NCBI GenBank assembly: GCA_050949105.1
Contig: JBMNFC010000009.1
Span: 273 to 24,272, forward strand
Direction: 5' to 3'
From: Acholeplasmatales bacterium
Lineage (GTDB): Bacteria; Bacillota_I; Bacilli_A; Acholeplasmatales; UBA5453
Length of the DNA: 24,000 nucleotides
The notes beneath the pieces were generated by a model. The model was not told where the DNA came from, did not search any database, and saw only the letters and a program-made list of their open reading frames with translations. This document shows, in pieces, positions 14,951 to 23,540 of this stretch. Within the stretch, counting starts at the first letter, position 1. The number at the start of each line of letters is the position of its first letter. Position numbers and translations under genes: made by a program.

Positions 14951-16328
14951 AAATCTATCAAGTCGCCTACAAATGGCGTTAAGAAGAGTTACAGGAAAAG
15001 GACAACTTACTGAAAAAGACATTGATGAAATGATGAGGGAAGTAAGGCTTTCTTTGCTAGAGGCAGACGTTAATTTAAAAGTAATTAGAACGTTTATCGC
15101 GAATGTCAAAGAAAAAGCTTTAGGAGAAAAGATCTTAAAGGGATTAAATCCTGGTCAACAAGTTTTAAAAATAGTTAGTGAAGAACTCACAAAAGTAATG
15201 GGCGAAGAAAATGTTCCCCTTAAGTTTAAAACTGCTGGTGTCACTGTCTTTATGACTGTTGGGCTTCAAGGTTCTGGTAAAACTACTGCGATAGGTAAGT
15301 TAGGAAGATTACTTAAAAAAGAAGGCAAAAAAGTGATGTTTATTGCCGCAGACGTTTACCGTCCTGCTGCAATTGATCAATTAAAGACATTAGGTGGTCA
15401 AACTGATATCTTTGTTTATGAAGAAGGAATTAAAAAAGCTTTAGGAATTGTTAAAAACGGTTTAGATTACGCGAAAGAAAATCACTATAACGTTGTCATA
15501 ATTGATACAGCGGGAAGATTAGAAATTGACGCTGAGATGATGCAAGAACTTAAAGATATTAAAGAGTTTGCTGCACCTGATGAAATTTTATTAACCGTTG
15601 ATGCGATGATGGGTCAACAAGCCGCGAATGTGGGGTTATCTTTTCATGAACAATTAGGTTGTACAGGTGTTATTGTCACTAAACTTGATGGGGATACTCG
15701 TGGTGGTGCAGCACTATCAATTAGACAAATATCTTCCTTACCAATTAAGTATGTCTCAAGTGGTGAGAAATTAGATAGCCTAGAGGTTTTCCATCCAGAA
15801 AGAATGGCCCAAAGGATTCTTGGAATGGGCGATATGATGACTTTAATCGAAGAGGCAACGGCGAATATTTCCGAAGATGACGCGATGAGTTTAATGGAAA
15901 AAATGCTTAGTGGTAAGTATGATTATAATGACCTACTAAAACAGTTTAAAATGATTAAACGCATGGGTTCATTATCAAGAATATTAGGTTTTTTACCAGG
16001 AATGAAAAACCTTAAACAACAATTATCTAATGTTGATGATAAAGAACTTTTTAGAATTGAAGCGTTAGTTAAATCAATGACTAAGGAAGAAAGAAGTAAT
16101 CCTCTTTTAATTGAAAAACAATACAAACGAAGACGAAGAATTGCCGATGGAGCTGGGATGACTGTTAATGATGTCAATAAGTTAATTGAATCAAGACGCC
16201 AACAAATTAATATGGCTCAACAGATGCAAGGTATGAATCCAAATAGTTTAAATCCACAAATGCCTAAGATGCAACCTCAAAGGGTTAAAAAGGGCAAAGG
16301 TAAAGGTAGAGGCGGATTTAGATATTAA
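14943..16328 (+). CDS. ffh: signal recognition particle protein Ffh
   Basis: N-terminal MFENLSSRLQ. GLQGSGKTT, DTAGRL, TKLDGDTRGGAA. Met-rich M domain and basic tail. ATG 14943 overlaps the ylxM TGA (ATGTTTGA). An in-frame ATG at 14934 is the alternative start. Confidence 0.93.
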   Translation: MFENLSSRLQMALRRVTGKGQLTEKDIDEMMREVRLSLLEADVNLKVIRTFIANVKEKALGEKILKGLNPGQQVLKIVSEELTKVMGEENVPLKFKTAGVTVFMTVGLQGSGKTTAIGKLGRLLKKEGKKVMFIAADVYRPAAIDQLKTLGGQTDIFVYEEGIKKALGIVKNGLDYAKENHYNVVIIDTAGRLEIDAEMMQELKDIKEFAAPDEILLTVDAMMGQQAANVGLSFHEQLGCTGVIVTKLDGDTRGGAALSIRQISSLPIKYVSSGEKLDSLEVFHPERMAQRILGMGDMMTLIEEATANISEDDAMSLMEKMLSGKYDYNDLLKQFKMIKRMGSLSRILGFLPGMKNLKQQLSNVDDKELFRIEALVKSMTKEERSNPLLIEKQYKRRRRIADGAGMTVNDVNKLIESRRQQINMAQQMQGMNPNSLNPQMPKMQPQRVKKGKGKGRGGFRY

Positions 16329-16354
16329 ACATGTAAAGTTTATTAAATGACACG

Positions 16355-16396
16355 AGAATGTATTATATCAGAGAAATATAAATACATTCTTTTTTA
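16355..16396 (+). terminator. rho-independent terminator after ffh
   Basis: Perfect 10-bp stem AGAATGTATT (16355-16364) / AATACATTCT (16381-16390), followed by TTTTT. Confidence 0.7.
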
Positions 16397-16423
16397 TGTT
16401 TTCGCTCACTTAGCATTGAAATA

Positions 16424-16432
16424 TGTTAAAAT
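16424..16432 (+). promoter_or_regulatory. extended -10 element TGtTAAAAT, candidate promoter of the NTPase gene
   Basis: tgttaaaat at 16424-16432, located downstream of the ffh terminator and 70 nt upstream of ATG 16502. Confidence 0.4.
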
Positions 16433-16501
16433 TAACTTAGAAGTCTAATATCTAAATCAACCAAAAATAAGTTTTAGTATGGAAAAAAAAGGGGGGAGAA
16501 A

Positions 16502-19500
16502 ATGGGTAACGACACAAAAAATAAAATTGATTTAAACACTATAGAATTGCCAAGTAATGAGCCTAAATACCATGAGGAATATAAGGCTTATGCTACTATT
16601 TTAAAGAAGAAAATTGATGATATTAATATAAAAAACATTGGGATAGTAGCTCCATATGGTGCTGGGAAAAGTTCTTTATTAAAAACATATGTTGAGATGC
16701 AAACTAAAGAAGATAAAAACTTCAAAAATAGGGTAATATCAGTATCATTAGCTAATTATGGTTCAATTATAAAAAAACTTGCTAATAAAGAAGATAAACA
16801 AGATGATTTTAATGATGAACAAAATGTAGAAAAAAGCATACTACAACAATTGTTTTACAAAAATGATAATAAAAATACTCCATATTCTAGATTTAAAACT
16901 TTAAAAAATAAAACAAAGCAAAATATAGGTATAACGATATTGCTTTTGCTTTTATTTATGTCAATTTCCTTTTTGTCTTTTCAGTTTTTTGATAACATTT
17001 TTAAAATTAATTTTGCTCTTTTGTGCCATAAAATAGTTATAGGTGTAAATATATTAGTATTATTGGTAAGTTTAGGGGGTTTGCTTTTCATTGTTATAAA
17101 AAACAAATTCGTAAAGTCAGTTCAAGTTGGAAATCTTAATTTTGAAAAAAATGAAAGTGATTCTATATCTGTTTTTAATAAGTATTTAGATGAAATAATT
17201 TATTTTTTTCAAAAAAATGATTTTAATATTTTAATAATTGAGGATTTAGATAGATTTAACAATTTAGGAATTTTTTCAAAATTGAAAGAGTTAAATACTT
17301 TATTAAATAAAAATGATGCTATTATTAAAAAACATGGGAAAATTACATTTGTGTACGCAGTGAAAGATTCTATGTTTGAATGTGAAGAAGATAGAAGTAA
17401 ATTTTTTGAATTTATTTTGCCAGTAATGCCGTCTTTAACTTCAAAAAATGTTAAAGATGAGTTAGAAGATATGCTAAAAAAGAAATTTAAAAAAATGCCT
17501 TTGAGTTCGCAATTAGTAATAGATGTTTCCGATTATATTACTAGTAGAAGAATTCTTAATAATGTTGTTAGCGATTTTATCATTCATTTATTGATACTCA
17601 ATATTGATATGATTGATAAAGATAAAACAGATAAATTATTTAGTCTAATGGTTTTAAAAAACATATTACCACTAGAATATGAAAATTTACAAAACCAAAA
17701 CGAAAAATCGCTTATTTTTAAATTTTTAAATATAGTAAAAAAAGAAATAATTGATAAATTAGTCTCTGTTTATAAAGAAAAAATAAAGCAATATGAGGAA
17801 GAAATTAAAAAACAAGACAAAGAACATCTTGATTCAAAAGAGGATTTAAAAAATATATTTTATGGTTTAGTTTGCAGAAAATATTTCGAATATAGTCATA
17901 TCAAGTATGAATTAGATACTTTCATTGGAACGAATAAAATAAACATGAGTGCTAGAAATTACTATAATTCGTCAACTTTCACTGTTTCGGTTAAAGATAT
18001 TGAGACATCAAACAACTATGAAGACGGCTTTTTTTCAAAAAGAGAAAATGTAATACTACAAAAAATGAATTTTGATAAAAACAATATAATCAAAGAAATA
18101 AACAAATTAAAGAGAAAAATTAACGAATTAAATAATTTGACATTTAAAGAATTGTTTAATGACTATAATCAAGAATTTGATGATTTAAATTTTGAAAAAG
18201 AATATATTAGATTAGTATTAGTGAATGGTTATGTAGATGAGACATATATGGATTATCTTTCTGAACAGTCTGATTTTTTTATGACTTCTAATGACAAAGA
18301 GTTGATAAAAAAAATAAATTATAGAGAAAAAACAGGTTTTTTAGATAAAATAGATGAACCAGATAAAGTGGTTTTGGCTTTAGATGAAAATAAATTTGGC
18401 TATAAGTATGTTATGAATTATTTTATAATCAAAGAATTGATTAATAAGAAAAAGAAGTATTCAAAACAGTTTGAAAATTTCACAATGATGATAAAAAACG
18501 AAGAAGATAGTATCAAAGAAGCTTTAGAAGAGTTAGTTAATTCTGATTTAGATTATGATAGTATTTTAATAGTGTTATCTAAACATACAACCTATACATG
18601 GGATCTGATTTATAAAAGTAATTTAATTTCAGATGACAAAAAAGATGAGATGTTTTTTTTGTTGATAAACAGCGAAGAAATAAATATTGAAAATCTGAGT
18701 AACTTAAACCATAATGAGAATATTATTAAAAAAATAAATTCTGTTAAAAATTTTTGTCAAAAATTTAATTCTCAAACAATAACAATAGAAAAATTGCATG
18801 AAGAATTTAATCTTTATTTAAATGATGTTGGTGAAATAGTAAAAAATAAAAATTCTGATTTTGTTATAAAAAACAACTTATATGAATTAAACTTGAATAA
18901 TATAGTAAACATCTTAAAATACTATTATTCTGAAGAAGAAAAAGATATTAATTCAAGAAATTATGATGTTGTTTCTAATTTGGCAGAAGGATCATTTAAA
19001 GAAAGAATTACTGAAGATTTAAGTTCATACTTACAAATTATTTACAACAATTTAGACAATGGTGATTTGTCGATCGAAAAGTTAACTGAAATATTAATAA
19101 ATAAAGAAATAGATATAAATTTAAAGACGAAAATTATAGAAAAAGAGATTAATAACATAGATTATAATGTTAGTCTCGATAATGAAATTCTTGAATTACT
19201 ATTAAAAAAGAAAAGAATAAAGATGTCTTTAAATAACATAATAGATGTTTATAAAACAGTAGATGAAGAATTAATTAAAAATTATATAGAAGAAAACCAT
19301 AAAGATATGCAGATAACGGAAGAATTACTGAAAAATAATACAGAATTTAAAAGTTTTTTCTTTAACAGCGTAGATATCAGTCTGTTTATTGAAAAAATTG
19401 GAAGTGGCTATGACAATATATCAGCAATTGTAAATTCTAAAAACATTGAACTACTTTTAAACAATGAGTTGGTAACGTATTGTAAAGATGATTTTCGTAT

Positions 19501-19996
19501 TTTTTTAAACAAAGAAGTTCATTTAGAAAAATATTGTGAGTTATTTGGTGATAACATCCTCAATGAATGTTTGAATGGAACTATGATACCAAAATCGGAT
19601 GAAATTGTGACAATGTATTTTGCTACAAAAAAAAGTAAGGGGGAATTATTTAATTGGATTTTGAAGAGAATTACCGAAACAGAATTACAAGAAATTTTCA
19701 AAAAAGAAAACATTAATGATTTTATTAATTCAGTAGAAGATATAGATTGTTTAACTAATGATGTACGGAAATATATAATTAATGAAACAAATGATAAAGA
19801 AATAATTGAAAAAAATTTAATTTCTTTACATAAAAATGGTTACAAAGATTGGTTATCTATTTTTAGAGAGAAAAATAATTTTATCAAAAATAGTGTCTAT
19901 AGATATGAATATCATAATGAAGAATTTTATTATTTATTAAGAAGTAATGTCCATTGTAACCGTAGAAAAGGCGTTGCAACGATAAGATTTTCGTGA
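16502..19996 (+). CDS. YobI/KAP-family-like P-loop NTPase with a transmembrane hairpin inserted in the NTPase domain and a long helical C-terminal region (1,164 aa)
   Basis: Walker A GIVAPYGAGKSS (nt 16640-16675). Two hydrophobic helices at aa ~141-163 (16922-16990) and aa ~172-199 (17015-17098). Walker B ILIIEDLDRF (17228-17257). The remaining ~830 aa are K/E/N/I-rich with coiled-coil-like stretches. G-rich SD at 16491-16498. TGA stop. Confidence 0.85.
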   Translation: MGNDTKNKIDLNTIELPSNEPKYHEEYKAYATILKKKIDDINIKNIGIVAPYGAGKSSLLKTYVEMQTKEDKNFKNRVISVSLANYGSIIKKLANKEDKQDDFNDEQNVEKSILQQLFYKNDNKNTPYSRFKTLKNKTKQNIGITILLLLLFMSISFLSFQFFDNIFKINFALLCHKIVIGVNILVLLVSLGGLLFIVIKNKFVKSVQVGNLNFEKNESDSISVFNKYLDEIIYFFQKNDFNILIIEDLDRFNNLGIFSKLKELNTLLNKNDAIIKKHGKITFVYAVKDSMFECEEDRSKFFEFILPVMPSLTSKNVKDELEDMLKKKFKKMPLSSQLVIDVSDYITSRRILNNVVSDFIIHLLILNIDMIDKDKTDKLFSLMVLKNILPLEYENLQNQNEKSLIFKFLNIVKKEIIDKLVSVYKEKIKQYEEEIKKQDKEHLDSKEDLKNIFYGLVCRKYFEYSHIKYELDTFIGTNKINMSARNYYNSSTFTVSVKDIETSNNYEDGFFSKRENVILQKMNFDKNNIIKEINKLKRKINELNNLTFKELFNDYNQEFDDLNFEKEYIRLVLVNGYVDETYMDYLSEQSDFFMTSNDKELIKKINYREKTGFLDKIDEPDKVVLALDENKFGYKYVMNYFIIKELINKKKKYSKQFENFTMMIKNEEDSIKEALEELVNSDLDYDSILIVLSKHTTYTWDLIYKSNLISDDKKDEMFFLLINSEEINIENLSNLNHNENIIKKINSVKNFCQKFNSQTITIEKLHEEFNLYLNDVGEIVKNKNSDFVIKNNLYELNLNNIVNILKYYYSEEEKDINSRNYDVVSNLAEGSFKERITEDLSSYLQIIYNNLDNGDLSIEKLTEILINKEIDINLKTKIIEKEINNIDYNVSLDNEILELLLKKKRIKMSLNNIIDVYKTVDEELIKNYIEENHKDMQITEELLKNNTEFKSFFFNSVDISLFIEKIGSGYDNISAIVNSKNIELLLNNELVTYCKDDFRIFLNKEVHLEKYCELFGDNILNECLNGTMIPKSDEIVTMYFATKKSKGELFNWILKRITETELQEIFKKENINDFINSVEDIDCLTNDVRKYIINETNDKEIIEKNLISLHKNGYKDWLSIFREKNNFIKNSVYRYEYHNEEFYYLLRSNVHCNRRKGVATIRFS

Positions 19997-20027
19997 TTTT
20001 TAAGGAATTAATAAAGCAAAAATAGTT

Positions 20028-20064
20028 AAAGACACACGATGATTTTCATTGTTGTGTCTTTTTA
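20028..20064 (+). terminator. rho-independent terminator after the NTPase gene
   Basis: Stem AAAGACACA (20028-20036) / TGTGTCTTT (20053-20061), extendable through CGATGA/TCATTG, followed by a T-run. Confidence 0.65.
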
Positions 20065-20066
20065 TA

Positions 20067-20089
20067 TAATCCACAAATATAGTGGATAA
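20067..20089. promoter_or_regulatory. two inverted DnaA-box-like 9-mers (TAATCCACA and, on the minus strand, TTATCCACT)
   Basis: Each is an 8/9 match to TTATCCACA. They are head-to-head with a 5-bp spacer, about 30 bp upstream of the polA promoter. The core ATCCAC/GTGGAT also forms a 6-bp inverted repeat. Confidence 0.3.
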
Positions 20090-20102
20090 CTAAATCATCA
20101 GA

Positions 20103-20124
20103 TATCATATTAATATGATAGAAT
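20103..20124 (+). promoter_or_regulatory. polA promoter region: extended -10 TGaTAGAAT (20116-20124) overlapped by a perfect 18-bp palindrome TATCATATTAATATGATA (20103-20120)
   Basis: Both elements were read directly from the sequence. SD AAGGAG at 20130-20135 and ATG at 20143 follow. Confidence 0.4.
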
Positions 20125-20142
20125 AATTAAAAGGAGTTTTTT

Positions 20143-22749
20143 ATGAAATTAGTCTTAATTGATGGAAATTCAATATTTTACAGGGCATACTACGCAACCG
20201 CTTATGGTAATGTGATGAAAAATAAAGATGGCTTATTTACTAATGCGATATTTGCGTTTATTAATATGATGGAGCCGATTTTAGAAGGTGATTATACTCA
20301 TATATTAGTTGCGTTTGATACGGATAAACCAACACATCGTCATTTAGCCTATGAAGATTATAAAGCGACACGCTCACCAATGCCTGATGAGATGGCTATT
20401 CAAATCCCTTTAATGCATGAATACTTACATCATAAAAACATTAAAACTTGTAGTATTGATGGCTATGAAGCTGATGATATTATTGGCACATACTCAAAGC
20501 TTGCTGATAATAATTTAAAGGTGGAAATTTATTCCTCTGACCAAGACTTGCTTCAATTAATAAATGATAATGTTACAGTTAAACTAATTAAAAAAGGAAC
20601 TAAAGATATTAGAGATATGAATCCTGAGACATTCTTAGAAGAATATGGTTTTCCATATGAGTCAATTGTTGATTATAAAGCTTTATTAGGAGATTCAAGC
20701 GATAATATTAAAGGTATTCCTGGAGTTGGAAAAGTAACGGCGAAGAACTTAATTTTACAGTATGGGTCACTAGAAAACATCTATAAACATAAAGATGAAA
20801 TAGCTGGTAAAGTTGGCGAAAATATTAGAGAAAATGAAAAGCTCGCCAAAGAAAGTTATGAACTATCTAGAATACTTACTAATGTTCCAGTAGAACTTAC
20901 ACTTGATGATTTATCTAAAAGTGAAGTTGACTATGAAAGTTTAATTGAGTTTTATAAGAATATGGATTTTCATTCATTTATTAAAAAGTTAGATGTTCCA
21001 ACATTAGAATCACAAGCGTTAACTCACAGTTTTAAAGTCGGTAAAAGTGAGGATTTAAATTACTTCATTAAAGATAATATTAGTATTTATTGTGAGTTTT
21101 TTGAATCTAATTATCACTTATCAGAAGTAGTTGGAATTGGATTAAGTGATGGAAAGAAATGTTTATTTGTAACTGAAGAAGAGATGTTGTCAAATAAAGC
21201 ATTTATGGACTTTTTAAGAAGCGAAAGACCTAAATATACTTATGATTATAAAGCTTTTAAAGTAAGACTTTTAAAACTAGGTTATGATATAAATGGAGTA
21301 GTGTTTGATTTATTGCTTGCAGCGTATTTGGATAATCCAGAAATAGTTAAGAAAAATGATTTTAAAGTTATTACGGGTTTTTATAATTATGATGATTTAG
21401 AATATGATGATTTAATTTATACTAAGAAGGCGACTAAAGTACTACCTGATGAAAAACGAGTTTATATAGAGCATATTACTAAAAAAGCAAAAGCAATTCA
21501 TAAATTAGAACTAGTGCTAATTGAAAAATTAAAGATTAACCAACAACTTAGTCTTTTATTAGATTTAGAAATTCCGCTATCAAGAGTTTTAGCAAAAATG
21601 GAATACAGTGGAATATACGTTGATAAAGCCATTTTAGGCGAACTAAAGCATGAGTATTCTAAAAGACTTAAAGACTTAGAAGAGCGCATTTATACGCTTG
21701 CGTTAAAAGAGTTTAATATTAATAGTCCTAAACAATTAGGCGAAGTTTTATTTGATGATTTAGGTTTAGAGCCATCGAAAAAGACGAAAACTAAAAACTA
21801 TTCAACTAATATTGAAGTTTTAAATAGTTTAGTTGATGATCATCCAATTATAAGAGAGATTATTGATTATCGTAGTGTTTCAAAATTATATGGAACATAT
21901 ATTGAAGGAATTGAAAATGTTATTTTTCCTGATGGTAAAGTTCATACAATATATAACCAAGCCTTAACAGCGACAGGAAGATTATCATCAATTGAACCTA
22001 ATTTACAAAATATTCCAATTAAGACTGAAGATGGTAGACAAATTAGAAGAATGTTTACTACTAATAATTATTTTGTGGGCGCTGACTATTCTCAGATTGA
22101 ACTTCGTGTTTTAGCCCATATGAGCGATTCTAAGACATTAATTGATGCTTTTAATAATGGTCTGGATATTCACACAGAAACGGCGAAAAAAGTCTTTAAT
22201 AAAGAAACTATTACTGATGAAGAACGAAGAAAAGCGAAAGCCGTTAACTTTGGAATTATTTATGGAATTAGCGCTTTTGGTTTATCTGAAGATCTTAAGA
22301 TTCCAAGATGGATGGCTCAAGAATTTATTGATAAGTACTTCTTAATTTATCCAGAAATTAAAGAGTTTTTAGATTCACAAGTTGAGTTTGCAAATAAGGA
22401 AGGCTATGTTAAGACAATTATGAATAGACGTAGGTATATTCCTGAGTTAAAAAGCTCAATTTATCCAACAAGAGAATTTGGTAAACGCACGAGTATGAAC
22501 GCGCCAATCCAAGGAAGTGCCGCCGACATTCTTAAAAAAGCGATGGTTGATTTAGATAATTATATTGTAAAAAATAATTTATCATCAAAAATATTATTAA
22601 CTGTTCATGACGAACTTATTTTAGAAGTTCCCGAACATGAGTTAAACTTAATGACTAAAGTTTTAAAAGAAACAATGATTAATACAGTGGAATTAAAAGT
22701 TTCTTTAAAAACTGAAGTTAAAGTTGGAAAGAGTTGGTATGATATTTAA
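20143..22749 (+). CDS. polA: DNA polymerase I
   Basis: N-terminal 5'-nuclease domain (LIDGNSIFYRAYYA, GDSSDNIKGIPGVG). Pol motif A DYSQIELRVLAH, motif B RRKAKAVNFGIIYG, motif C VHDELILE. Confidence 0.95.
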   Translation: MKLVLIDGNSIFYRAYYATAYGNVMKNKDGLFTNAIFAFINMMEPILEGDYTHILVAFDTDKPTHRHLAYEDYKATRSPMPDEMAIQIPLMHEYLHHKNIKTCSIDGYEADDIIGTYSKLADNNLKVEIYSSDQDLLQLINDNVTVKLIKKGTKDIRDMNPETFLEEYGFPYESIVDYKALLGDSSDNIKGIPGVGKVTAKNLILQYGSLENIYKHKDEIAGKVGENIRENEKLAKESYELSRILTNVPVELTLDDLSKSEVDYESLIEFYKNMDFHSFIKKLDVPTLESQALTHSFKVGKSEDLNYFIKDNISIYCEFFESNYHLSEVVGIGLSDGKKCLFVTEEEMLSNKAFMDFLRSERPKYTYDYKAFKVRLLKLGYDINGVVFDLLLAAYLDNPEIVKKNDFKVITGFYNYDDLEYDDLIYTKKATKVLPDEKRVYIEHITKKAKAIHKLELVLIEKLKINQQLSLLLDLEIPLSRVLAKMEYSGIYVDKAILGELKHEYSKRLKDLEERIYTLALKEFNINSPKQLGEVLFDDLGLEPSKKTKTKNYSTNIEVLNSLVDDHPIIREIIDYRSVSKLYGTYIEGIENVIFPDGKVHTIYNQALTATGRLSSIEPNLQNIPIKTEDGRQIRRMFTTNNYFVGADYSQIELRVLAHMSDSKTLIDAFNNGLDIHTETAKKVFNKETITDEERRKAKAVNFGIIYGISAFGLSEDLKIPRWMAQEFIDKYFLIYPEIKEFLDSQVEFANKEGYVKTIMNRRRYIPELKSSIYPTREFGKRTSMNAPIQGSAADILKKAMVDLDNYIVKNNLSSKILLTVHDELILEVPEHELNLMTKVLKETMINTVELKVSLKTEVKVGKSWYDI

Positions 22750-23540
22750 TGCCTGAATTACCTGAGGTAAGAACCGTTGTTAAGTTCTTAAACACGTTAA
22801 AAAACAATCGGATTAGAAAAATAGAATCATATTTACCAAAAATGTTTTCTGATGAACTAGTAAAGAAAGTTACTAATCAAAAAATAAATGAAGTAGACTC
22901 TTTAGGTAAATATATTATTTTCCATTTAGATAATTATAATTTAATTAGTCATTTAAGAATGGAAGGAAAATATTTTTATAAGGATCATTATGAAAAAACA
23001 AAACATGATCATGTGATTTTCACATTAGATAAGGGGTATCTTTACTATAATGATGTAAGAAAGTTTGGAACCTTTGATTTAAGGGATAAAGAAGAAACCT
23101 TCACAACTCCACCTTTATCTAAATTAGGGAAAGAACCTTTTACAATCACAACAGATGAGTTGCTCAGCAAACTTAAAAATAGTAATAGGGCAATTAAGAC
23201 TTTATTACTTGACCAAAGTATTATTACGGGAATTGGAAATATTTATGCTGATGAGATTTTGTTTTTATCAAAGATAAACCCAAAAACTAAGGGGGCTATT
23301 ATTACTAAATCTCAAGCAGAAAGTTTAATTAAAAACTCAATTAAAGTCTTAAATGAGGCAATACGTCAAGGTGGAACTACCATTCATACATTTGCAACAA
23401 ATGATGGGCAAGGATGGTTTCAATTAAAGTTAAATGTTCATACAAAGGCTGGAAAGCCTTGTAAAGTCTGTGGTACTATTATTAAAAAAGAAAAAATAAA
23501 TGGGAGAATGAGTTATTATTGTGAAACCTGTCAAAGATAA
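22749..23540 (+). CDS. mutM: formamidopyrimidine-DNA glycosylase (Fpg/MutM)
   Basis: N-terminal MPELPEV. H2TH region. C-terminal zinc finger CKVCG...CETCQ. The start overlaps the polA stop (TAATG). Confidence 0.93.
   Translation: MPELPEVRTVVKFLNTLKNNRIRKIESYLPKMFSDELVKKVTNQKINEVDSLGKYIIFHLDNYNLISHLRMEGKYFYKDHYEKTKHDHVIFTLDKGYLYYNDVRKFGTFDLRDKEETFTTPPLSKLGKEPFTITTDELLSKLKNSNRAIKTLLLDQSIITGIGNIYADEILFLSKINPKTKGAIITKSQAESLIKNSIKVLNEAIRQGGTTIHTFATNDGQGWFQLKLNVHTKAGKPCKVCGTIIKKEKINGRMSYYCETCQR

Noticed and set aside
16347-16448. 33-aa ORF (MTRECIISEKYKYILFYVFAHLALKYVKINLEV) in the ffh-NTPase spacer, considered as a possible small partner gene.
   Set aside because: It has no SD, runs straight through the ffh terminator hairpin and the candidate promoter, and an ORF of this length is expected by chance.
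16329-20142. Classical mobile element (transposon, integrative element or prophage remnant) carrying the NTPase.
   Set aside because: By eye I found no transposase or integrase, no terminal inverted repeats, and no direct repeats at the two junctions. Only composition and broken synteny suggest foreign origin, so it is reported as an island of unknown mobility rather than a mobile element.
22142-22345. 67-aa + strand ORF in an alternative frame inside polA.
   Set aside because: It overlaps the conserved polymerase motif-B region of polA and has a K/L-rich nonsense-like composition with no RBS.
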